From assembly GCA_033763315.1 (NCBI GenBank), contig JANRKS010000003.1, positions 1 to 56,119 of the forward strand: a stretch of 56,119 bases of DNA, given 5' to 3'. Source of the stretch: Deltaproteobacteria bacterium (GTDB taxonomy: Bacteria > Myxococcota_A > Polyangia > Fen-1088). Below are positions 14,755 through 23,098 of the stretch, in pieces. The notes below the pieces were generated by a model, which was given only the letters and a program-made list of their open reading frames with translations, was not told where the DNA came from and searched no databases. The stretch's first letter is position 1, and every line of letters begins with the position of its first letter. A program made the position numbers and the translations under genes.

Positions 14755-17700
14755 ATGCGTCTTCGGGCATTCATGCGCTCACAACGAACCCGCGTCGCAT
14801 CACAGTACGGCAGTCGCCTTCTGCTTTGTTTGGTTGTAGCTGCAGGAGCCTGCGGCGACGAGCCAGAAATGGCTCCGGTGGACCCGCCAGACGACGACGA
14901 TCCACCGCCGCTAAACGCGATCGATAGCACGGTCGTTTGTCCCGCAGGCCAGATCGGCTGGGACTTCTCCACGGGGGGCGGCAATAAGAATGTGGATGGC
15001 GGCGTGCCCACCTCGGGCAAGGTGTGCATTCCCAAAGTGTGTAAGGGCAAGCAGCAGCGTGACGCACGGATGATGTGTGTCGATAACCCGGCCATGCGCT
15101 CGGTGTCGCTGCCAGCACCCACGCAGGCGCAAGGCCAGCCGTTTGTCATGGTGCCAAGCTCGCTCGACTATTCGCAAGAATGGATCCGCAAGACGAAGGC
15201 AGAGGGCGCTCGTGAGGACTATCGCGATACCATCACATTGTCTGAAGGTATCTGGGGCGACTGGTCGCCGATGATGTATTGCCCCGCTGGTTACTACGCC
15301 AACGGCTTTCGTCAACGCGTGGAAGGAGAGCAGGGTGGCGGCGATGACACCGGGCTCAATGCGATCGAACTTTCATGCATCAATCTACAGGGAGCGAGCA
15401 CCTCGTTTCGCCCTCACGATGGGATCTGGGGCGATTGGTCAAGCAGCTCATACTGCGCCAACAATCAATTCATCCGCTCGGGTGAGCTGAGGCTCGAAGG
15501 AAACCAAGGCGGGGGCGACGATACGGCCGGTGCCAACGTGCGATTCCGTTGCACCGACAACAACCTGATCACGGCGAACAATGGCGTGCCCTTCGGCGAT
15601 TGGCGAGGCGAGAAAACCTGCGGCGCCAACCGCGTTGTTTGCGGCGCGCAGGTGCGCTTCGAGGGCAACCAAGGCGGGGGCGACGACTCCGCGTTAAACG
15701 GGGTTAAGCTTGCCTGCTGTGACGCGCCCGGCGCGCTGGCAAACGATGCAAGCAATAGTCTGCGTCCCATCTACCAGCAGGTGCCGTATCGGTATAAAGC
15801 CGGCGTTCAAACAGGCGGAGATGCTTTTCAAACCAAGCTCGCCGTGTGGGTGACGAAAAGGTTCAAGGACAGGCGCCGTTCACAGCCCGAACTGCCCCAA
15901 GACGTGATGCCCACAGTTGAGGGCTTCGTTTGCACATTGACGGATCTCGACATCAAAAAATCTGTGGCAGGCACCGGCGAGGCGACCGCGAACTCCACAG
16001 AGATTGGCGAACTCATCTCACCTGAATGCGTTATCGGTGAATCGAATGCGCTTGGAGACGCAGTTATGTTCGCTCTTGAAGAAGAGGCCACCCAACGCGC
16101 ATCCAAGAAACCTTTGTCTGAATCCTGCGTCTCGCGCTGCCGCAACGAAGCCGCTTGCTTGCAAAAATGCGCTCAAGAGAATGTCTTCGCTGAGCGCGAG
16201 CAGTTGAGCTTTGGCATTCGCAACTACGATCAAGGCGAGCTTGTATTCCACGTTTCGTTTGATCCGTGGGGCGACGTCGCCATTCCTGCGGGGCAAGGTG
16301 CAGGCCTGCGCTTCAATAGCACCAACGCCGATCAAGCACCCAACCCGCCCGGGTTCTTCTACAACGAAAGAAAGCGCCGCATAAACAACATTGCGTTCTT
16401 GCGCCAGCGCGAGATCGCTCTGTACAGCGCCCGTTCGGAAACCTCACCACGCACTGACAATGCATTGTTGCACGAGGTGTCACAGTCTACGTTTGCCGTT
16501 CCGACGAAGCTTTTGCTGGCGATCGAGCAGATAAGCGTGACGTCGCCCGTGATCGTTGTGAACCCCTTCGATCCGGTCCCTCCCGCTGTATACGTGGATG
16601 TGGAATGGCAACGATACGGCGACATCGAGGCCAATCCCTATTCCGACAAACGAGGATCTCCTCGGGTAGACGGCGTCTCAAAATTGGGGGAACTGTCTCC
16701 TCGCGTGGCGATCGAGATCCGTCCCACAGGCGCACCATCGAATGAGCCTTGGCTCAAAATGGGCGAAGACACGTTGGCCTCTGACAAAGCGGTTGCCACC
16801 GGTTCGGTGAACAATGTGATCGCGCGGCCCGTGCAAAGCACGCTTGAGAGGCTGTTCATTTCATCGGCAGCCAACACGCGCGCGAATTGGGCCGCTGCAA
16901 CCATGTTCGACGTGCGCGCTTGCATGGATGTGAACGGTTTGCGCAGCCGCCCCGAATCCACAACCAATCTGCGATTGCCGGCCATCGCAAACGGCGGCTA
17001 TCAATTTGTGGCTGGCTTCGACACGGTGGACTCGGCCTGCAAAACAAAAGCCGCCGCACTCATGGTGCAGCGAGAGTTCATCATGCGCCCCTCGCCTCCT
17101 CAGCGGGCGAACGCCGACATGGGCATGGTTGATGCCACGCGGTCGGGCAGCCCGGACTCTGAAGGCAAATCTGATTCGGGCTCCGAGGAACGCTGTGTAT
17201 CGAACGATGCCACGCGCACGCAAACCTGCACCACAACGTCCCGGCAGACGCTGGGTGGTGAGGGTATGTTCAGCCGCACGATGTACTCGTCGTCATCGGC
17301 GGGAACCAAGACGGAATCGGAGACCGCAGGCAAAGCCTCCGCCAAATCGCAGGGCGAAGTGATGGGCTTTCAGGTCATTGACACCAACGACGCTGGCAAT
17401 GAAAAAAATTGGCAGGCGGCGCCGGCGGAGATCTCTATCGTGATCGTGCCGCCCTGGGACCTCATCATCAAGACGTCAGAGGCCGCCCCTCCCCCGCCAC
17501 CACCGGCTCCGAAGCCGAAATTTACGAAGAAAACGGGTCACCTTGAAGGCCTTGCCGTGGGCCTTGAGGCCAAGGGCCGCATCTTGATCGGCCCCATTCC
17601 TGGAACGCTTACCGCTGTGGTGTCGGCGGGCGTGGGCGTGGCCTTGGAGTTGAAAATGAAGTTTAAGCCCGATGAGCCCTACCCTTGCATCAACAGCCGC

Positions 17701-20370
17701 GGGAAGAAGTGCTTCATGCTGGAAGAAGCACGCCTCTCTCAAACGCAGGCCGCACGCGCATGCGTGGAGGCCGGCGGCCGCTTGGCCGAGGTGCGCACAC
17801 GGTCGGATCTGGAGGGCATCATGGCCGCGGCCGAGGACGATGACAATTACTGGATCGGCGGCCAATTGGCGTATGTGTACGCGTCGGCGGATTGCCGCAA
17901 CATCACCAATTCGAACCGTGCGTCGTGCGCCAACGGCAGCAAGACGTCGTACCGTTGGATCGGCAGCGACCGCGAGTTCGCGCGCTCGAACAACACGCAA
18001 GCGGCCGTGGATTTTCTGGGCTACACCAACATCCCCGTGCGGCCTCCGGGCGGCGTGCGGCTTGAAACCTATGTGCCGGATCGCGCGGGCATCGCTTACC
18101 AGGGTGAATTCAAGCAACTCAATACGCTTCCCGAAGCCTTGAAGCTGCCCTCGGTGTGCGAATTCGACGCCGCTCCACGCGTGGCCTATTCCGACTTTAG
18201 CCTGGGCCTGAAGTTGGCAGCGAGCGCCGGCGTAGAATTGAGCTTCTTCATCCCCGATCCGAACATCGGGTTTGGAATCGTGGGTAGTTTGGCGTTTATC
18301 GAAGTGGCGTTGACCCCCACCATTGGTCGTTCGGCATTCGATCTATACGATACGAACCGCAAGTGGCTGGGCACGCGGGCCAATGCGTACACGAACGCAC
18401 CGTGGAGCGTGACGTTGATGAGTGCCAGTGTCGAAGCGGTGGCAAACTTTGTCATCGCATCGCTGCGATGGCCCATCATAACCTTCGATGGATTCAAAGT
18501 GGCCGAGGGCATGCTGTGGGACATCGTTTGGCCCGCACGCCAAGGTCCCGAGCTCAGCCTGGGCGATGTCACACCTGACACATCTACACCGGCGGGAACA
18601 CGCGTGGTGTTCGAAGCCACCGCGCCCAGCACGCGCCATACGGTTGGTCGCTTGGACACCAACGGAGGCTGGAGCGCGAATCCGTCTCAAGATCCCGCTG
18701 GATACCTTGTTCAAACGCCGGCCACGAATTTGGTGGGAGCTGGCCAAAACACAGTTGAGGTGCGTTTGCGAAGTGATGCCAACGGCGGGCAGCAAGCGGT
18801 GGCCATCGAAGTTCTTGAAGCGGCCACAGGCAGAGTGATCGCAACGCGCTGGGTATCCACAGGCGAACTCGCGTCCGCCAACGTTTGGACCGACATCACG
18901 CTGCAATTTAACCAAACCACGGCCAACACACCGCTGTCGTTCCGCGTGTATTATGCCGATCAAGCCAACGTCAGCATCGATCGCATTACCGTGGGCGCGC
19001 TGCGCGGCGACTACCGCGGGGTCGTGACCATCGGGGACGGCATCTGGGGTGATTGGCTTGGCATGCGTTATTGCCCCGAGGGCAGCTACGCAAGTGGTTA
19101 CCGCATGCGGGTGGAAGGCGACCAAGGCGGCGGCGACGACACCGGCCTCAACGCTGTTGAGCTTTTGTGCACGGAGCCTGGCGATCTGGCATCGGAGGCC
19201 GTGCGTTCGAATGCGGGCGACTTCGGCAGTTGGCGCGATGCCCGCAGTTGCACGATCAACAATTACATTCGTGGTGGCCGCATCCGAATTGAAGGCAACC
19301 AAGGCAGCGGCGATGATACCGCTGCCAACAGTGTGGAAGCCCAATGCACCGACAACCAAGCGATTGAAGCGCCGGGCGCCACGCCATGGGGAGGCTGGAG
19401 CGGTGTCACCAACTGCCCGGCGGGCCAAGTGGTGTGTGGCCTGGAAGCGCGGGTGGAAGGCAATCAAGGGGACGGCGACGACACGGCACTCAATGGGCTG
19501 CGCTTTGCCTGTTGCGCCGCGCCCGGACCGTTCGTGAACTTCAAGGACGGAGCCACGTACGAGCTGCAACCAAGCCACGTCACGGGCAAGTGTGTGGACG
19601 TCTCGGGCACGCTCATGGCGCCCACAACCAACGTTCAGATCTGGGACTGCTACGGCATACTCGGGCAAAAGTTCCGCGCCGAATCAAGCGGTGGCGGTTG
19701 GTTTGCCTTGCAAGCCACACACAGCGGCCAGTGTTTGGAAGTGGCTGACGCCAGCACGGCGGCTGGCGGCAACATTCGACAAAACAGCTGCAACGGCGAC
19801 TACCACCAGCAGTGGAAGCTTGAAGCGGTCGCTGGCGATCTATACCGCATCGCGAACCGCAACAGCGGCTTGTACATGGAGATGGCAGGCGCCCAGGCCA
19901 CCAACAACGGCGTCAACATCCAGCAAGGAACCTACGATGGCTCGGGCGATCAGAAATACCGCGTTCTGCCCACCCGAGGCGATCACGTGGCGCTCGTGAG
20001 CGTGAACTTCCCGCGTGCAGGCATGCGGAACCGCAATGGCGAAGTGTGGCTGGAAGAAGGAACGACGGATGACAAGTTGTTCAAGATCAGGCCAGGCCTA
20101 ACAGATTCCTCGTGCGTCTCGTTTGAAAGCAAGTCGCAGCCTGGTCGTTACCTTCGCCACCTCAATGGGTTGATGTTCATTCAGGAGGCCCCAGAAGATG
20201 ATGGAACGTTCTGCCTCAAGACCGGGCTCGCGTCTTCCGGGTACAGCCTCGAACCGAAAAACTTGCTGAACTCGTACGTACGACATCAGAACAACCGCTT
20301 GAGGGTGTCCCCGTTCGAGAACACAAATGCCTATAAACTGGATGCAGCTTGGAGCTTGGTACAGCAATGA
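14755..20370 (+). CDS. Giant multi-lectin lipoprotein: VOMI beta-prism x2, C-type lectin, ricin B-type lectin, AbfB/CBM42-like domain
   Basis: Lipobox-like AAGAC; two three-fold repeated GxWGDW...C...RVEGxQGGGDDTxLN domains; CF...ARACVEAGGRLAEV...YWIGG; QxW/QxF ricin repeats; C-terminal VSFESKSQPGRYLRH. Start may be 14773. Confidence 0.85.
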   Translation: MRLRAFMRSQRTRVASQYGSRLLLCLVVAAGACGDEPEMAPVDPPDDDDPPPLNAIDSTVVCPAGQIGWDFSTGGGNKNVDGGVPTSGKVCIPKVCKGKQQRDARMMCVDNPAMRSVSLPAPTQAQGQPFVMVPSSLDYSQEWIRKTKAEGAREDYRDTITLSEGIWGDWSPMMYCPAGYYANGFRQRVEGEQGGGDDTGLNAIELSCINLQGASTSFRPHDGIWGDWSSSSYCANNQFIRSGELRLEGNQGGGDDTAGANVRFRCTDNNLITANNGVPFGDWRGEKTCGANRVVCGAQVRFEGNQGGGDDSALNGVKLACCDAPGALANDASNSLRPIYQQVPYRYKAGVQTGGDAFQTKLAVWVTKRFKDRRRSQPELPQDVMPTVEGFVCTLTDLDIKKSVAGTGEATANSTEIGELISPECVIGESNALGDAVMFALEEEATQRASKKPLSESCVSRCRNEAACLQKCAQENVFAEREQLSFGIRNYDQGELVFHVSFDPWGDVAIPAGQGAGLRFNSTNADQAPNPPGFFYNERKRRINNIAFLRQREIALYSARSETSPRTDNALLHEVSQSTFAVPTKLLLAIEQISVTSPVIVVNPFDPVPPAVYVDVEWQRYGDIEANPYSDKRGSPRVDGVSKLGELSPRVAIEIRPTGAPSNEPWLKMGEDTLASDKAVATGSVNNVIARPVQSTLERLFISSAANTRANWAAATMFDVRACMDVNGLRSRPESTTNLRLPAIANGGYQFVAGFDTVDSACKTKAAALMVQREFIMRPSPPQRANADMGMVDATRSGSPDSEGKSDSGSEERCVSNDATRTQTCTTTSRQTLGGEGMFSRTMYSSSSAGTKTESETAGKASAKSQGEVMGFQVIDTNDAGNEKNWQAAPAEISIVIVPPWDLIIKTSEAAPPPPPPAPKPKFTKKTGHLEGLAVGLEAKGRILIGPIPGTLTAVVSAGVGVALELKMKFKPDEPYPCINSRGKKCFMLEEARLSQTQAARACVEAGGRLAEVRTRSDLEGIMAAAEDDDNYWIGGQLAYVYASADCRNITNSNRASCANGSKTSYRWIGSDREFARSNNTQAAVDFLGYTNIPVRPPGGVRLETYVPDRAGIAYQGEFKQLNTLPEALKLPSVCEFDAAPRVAYSDFSLGLKLAASAGVELSFFIPDPNIGFGIVGSLAFIEVALTPTIGRSAFDLYDTNRKWLGTRANAYTNAPWSVTLMSASVEAVANFVIASLRWPIITFDGFKVAEGMLWDIVWPARQGPELSLGDVTPDTSTPAGTRVVFEATAPSTRHTVGRLDTNGGWSANPSQDPAGYLVQTPATNLVGAGQNTVEVRLRSDANGGQQAVAIEVLEAATGRVIATRWVSTGELASANVWTDITLQFNQTTANTPLSFRVYYADQANVSIDRITVGALRGDYRGVVTIGDGIWGDWLGMRYCPEGSYASGYRMRVEGDQGGGDDTGLNAVELLCTEPGDLASEAVRSNAGDFGSWRDARSCTINNYIRGGRIRIEGNQGSGDDTAANSVEAQCTDNQAIEAPGATPWGGWSGVTNCPAGQVVCGLEARVEGNQGDGDDTALNGLRFACCAAPGPFVNFKDGATYELQPSHVTGKCVDVSGTLMAPTTNVQIWDCYGILGQKFRAESSGGGWFALQATHSGQCLEVADASTAAGGNIRQNSCNGDYHQQWKLEAVAGDLYRIANRNSGLYMEMAGAQATNNGVNIQQGTYDGSGDQKYRVLPTRGDHVALVSVNFPRAGMRNRNGEVWLEEGTTDDKLFKIRPGLTDSSCVSFESKSQPGRYLRHLNGLMFIQEAPEDDGTFCLKTGLASSGYSLEPKNLLNSYVRHQNNRLRVSPFENTNAYKLDAAWSLVQQ

Positions 20371-20990
20371 AGAACGCTATGTTTCACTTTCGCGGTCGGG
20401 CAGGCCGGTCATTGTCTACAGGCTTGCTATCGATTGCTCTGTGTTCCGGCTGCGGTGACGACAACGATGACACCCCTTCGGTTACGGCAGACGCGGGCGT
20501 GGACGTTCTGCGCCAGGTCATGTTGCCCCCCAGCACCGGTGCCTCGATTCCCCCCGCGGGCGACGCCGGCACGTTGCAAGTCACTTTGGATTCTGGCTAC
20601 ACAAATCCCGAAGCGTGCTGCCCGACGACGCTGTGGATCGCCGACGTGGACGGCAATGAAGCGACCGCTAAGGTGATCGGCGAGTTGCCACCGCTTTCAC
20701 AAGGGGTGGCGCTGGCTTGGAGCGGCGGCCGCTGGAGCGCGTCCGTGTGTCTGCCGCTAAACTCGCTATTGTCGTACCGCTTCTACTTCGGCAAAAAGCC
20801 AGTGGAGGCGACAGATCAAGACGCGGCTACCAACACAGAAGACGGCGGCGTGGACGCGGCTGCCCCTGAGACCACCGACGATTACCGCTACAACCCGCTG
20901 TTACCCACGGAACAGGCGGGCTTCGACGAACCCACCAACGTGTTCTTGCCCACGACTGTGTGTGCCGGCCCCAACGACGGCGGCGCCTAG
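20367..20990 (+). CDS. Hypothetical lipoprotein, translationally coupled to the giant lectin gene
   Basis: ATGA overlap with the upstream stop; signal and lipobox LCSGC, acidic DAG linkers, small beta-rich domain. Confidence 0.7.
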   Translation: MKNAMFHFRGRAGRSLSTGLLSIALCSGCGDDNDDTPSVTADAGVDVLRQVMLPPSTGASIPPAGDAGTLQVTLDSGYTNPEACCPTTLWIADVDGNEATAKVIGELPPLSQGVALAWSGGRWSASVCLPLNSLLSYRFYFGKKPVEATDQDAATNTEDGGVDAAAPETTDDYRYNPLLPTEQAGFDEPTNVFLPTTVCAGPNDGGA

Positions 20991-20999
20991 CCACGGCGG

Positions 21000-21032
21000 C
21001 GCCCACCTTTGCCGCATGGCCTCAGGTGGGCG
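21000..21032. terminator. Hairpin between convergent genes
   Basis: CGCCCACCT...AGGTGGGCG inverted repeat; no U-tract. Confidence 0.35.
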
Positions 21033-21049
21033 TGGGGGCCCAGAGCCCG

Positions 21050-23026
21050 TTAGCCCGCCATGCCTTGGTTGATCTCACTGGCATCAAGGTAGTGGCTTAG
21101 CACTTTGATCAAACCCTCATTGTGATCGATCTCGATTTTCACCTGGCGAATGAGGGCGGCCTTGGCCTCGGGGAAGCGATCTTTCGCATCGCCTAGGATT
21201 CGGATCAATGACTGCCGCGTAAGCGGGCTGGGTTGCGCCGCCAGATCCACAATGGCCTGCGAAATGATCGCGCGATCCGCCTGCGTTTGTGCGTCCGCTG
21301 TCTGCAACGAAATTACGTGATAAAGCTCGCGTTTGACTTCGGGATCGGACTCACGCCGCAGCCAGTCCGCCGTCATGCCCGCCGTCTGCTCGGGTGGCAT
21401 GCGCCGCACCGAAATGGCCGCGGCCGATCTCACGCCTGGATCATTGCTGTAGACATAGGGCGCCACATTCGCCAGCAAAGCCGGATCGCCGATGTTGGCG
21501 ATGGCACCAAAGGCGGGGCTCAGGCTTGCTTGATCCGTTCCTTGATGCAACAGATCCAACGCCGACGCCACGGCCACGCGCTTGACCTCTGGGTCGCTTG
21601 CGCCTTTGAGGCCCCCCATCATGCCCAAGGCCAACGCCGCTTCGCGCGCAAAAATTCGCGACATGCGATCCGCACCCGTATTGACGTCTTTGGCATCGGA
21701 GGCCAAAGATTTTGCGAGCTCCACGCCCACGTCCTTGCGATCGACGAGCGCAAACGCCGCGCGTGCGCGATCCATCGTGCGGGCCTTGGAATCGTCTTTG
21801 AGAGACCAAAGGGCCTGCCTTGCTTCTGGCACATTGGCCTTGCCCAACGCCAAGAACGCGGCCGCGGTTCCTTCTGCCGGGATCTCGAGCTTGCGCAACA
21901 TCGCCGCCAACTTGGCCGCCATCTCGGGGCGCGCCTCAATGTATTTCGACAACATTGGCCACAACTTGGCGATGTTCTCGTCTTTCTCCAAGAGTGCATA
22001 GAACCGCTCAAGCGCCTGGTCGAGCGTAAGCGTGCGCAGTTCGGCCAATTCCTTTTGGTTGCGCACGCCTTCGGTATCATTCGCAGCCATATCCAGCGGT
22101 CGCAGGAACAAATTTTCCCACACATAGCGGCTTCGCTCTGACGGGGCATCGTCCAGCACACCTGGTACGAAATTTCCCTTTTCGACGCTCACTTGGTTGT
22201 CGGTATCGATGATTGCAAGGCCTTCGAGGACTTCGCGGCTCTTGAGCGAATCGAACCACGGCAACATTCCCAACGTCACTTCTTGCACTGAAATCTTAGG
22301 GGCATCCACCTTCACCGCGGGCTTAAAGCCAATGGAGGCGTCGCGCCCCCACACCTGCCGGTAGGACAGAATATGCCGGGTCACTTTTGCTAGGGCGCCT
22401 TCGTCAAACCGCTCGAACGAAGCCGAGAACGCGCCAAAGCTGCTTTCGCCGTTCGTCAACGTTCGTTGCCCTGCAGGTACGGTGAACTGCAGCTCATAAG
22501 CGATGGCCTGCTGCGTTCGGGCCAGGGGGATCTCGGTGGTGTCAAGCCGCGCAAACTGTTCAAGCTTGCAGCTTGCAGAGACGCGCAGCAAGAACGGCGC
22601 CGATAGATCGCCGGCTTGCGCGACCGTTTCAGAATCTACATCTGATAGCCGCCCCAGTAGCACTGTTCCGTCATCGCCCTCGTTGGCCAAAGCGCGCAGC
22701 GAAAGCACGGCGTGGGTGGATCGACGAGGCGCCGGCGCGTTCACCTGCACGCCGGACGGTAGCGTGGCGTTCTTGGTTGCCAACTTGATGTCGGTGGTGA
22801 TGTTGATGTCGTAGGCCCATTGCACGCCCGTGTCGAACACACACGCGGTTCGCCCATTGACCATCGGCACGGCGGCTTGCTGCACGGCCTGGGTCGGGGT
22901 CCGCCCGGCCTGTTTGCTGGAGCCACCCGCCCAAAGAATCGCGGCCGCGCCACCTCCCACGAGGCCCGCGGCGGTTAGCATCTTCGGCCATTTCGCTTTT
23001 GTTTGTGTTGCGTTTGCTTTTTTCAT
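21050..23026 (-). CDS. Membrane-anchored or exported protein: N-terminal beta-rich domain plus C-terminal HEAT-like helical repeats
   Basis: N-terminal hydrophobic segment; AFLALGKAN.PEARQAL, AIANIGDPALL, DPGVRSAAAISVRR, ESDPEVKREL are HEAT-like repeats. Confidence 0.75.
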   Translation of the reverse strand: MKKANATQTKAKWPKMLTAAGLVGGGAAAILWAGGSSKQAGRTPTQAVQQAAVPMVNGRTACVFDTGVQWAYDINITTDIKLATKNATLPSGVQVNAPAPRRSTHAVLSLRALANEGDDGTVLLGRLSDVDSETVAQAGDLSAPFLLRVSASCKLEQFARLDTTEIPLARTQQAIAYELQFTVPAGQRTLTNGESSFGAFSASFERFDEGALAKVTRHILSYRQVWGRDASIGFKPAVKVDAPKISVQEVTLGMLPWFDSLKSREVLEGLAIIDTDNQVSVEKGNFVPGVLDDAPSERSRYVWENLFLRPLDMAANDTEGVRNQKELAELRTLTLDQALERFYALLEKDENIAKLWPMLSKYIEARPEMAAKLAAMLRKLEIPAEGTAAAFLALGKANVPEARQALWSLKDDSKARTMDRARAAFALVDRKDVGVELAKSLASDAKDVNTGADRMSRIFAREAALALGMMGGLKGASDPEVKRVAVASALDLLHQGTDQASLSPAFGAIANIGDPALLANVAPYVYSNDPGVRSAAAISVRRMPPEQTAGMTADWLRRESDPEVKRELYHVISLQTADAQTQADRAIISQAIVDLAAQPSPLTRQSLIRILGDAKDRFPEAKAALIRQVKIEIDHNEGLIKVLSHYLDASEINQGMAG

Positions 23027-23098
23027 AAGGGCCAGGGGCGGTTACACGCCGCTTGGCCCATCGACAGCTTCTTGACGCCACTGAAGCGTCTTTGACGC

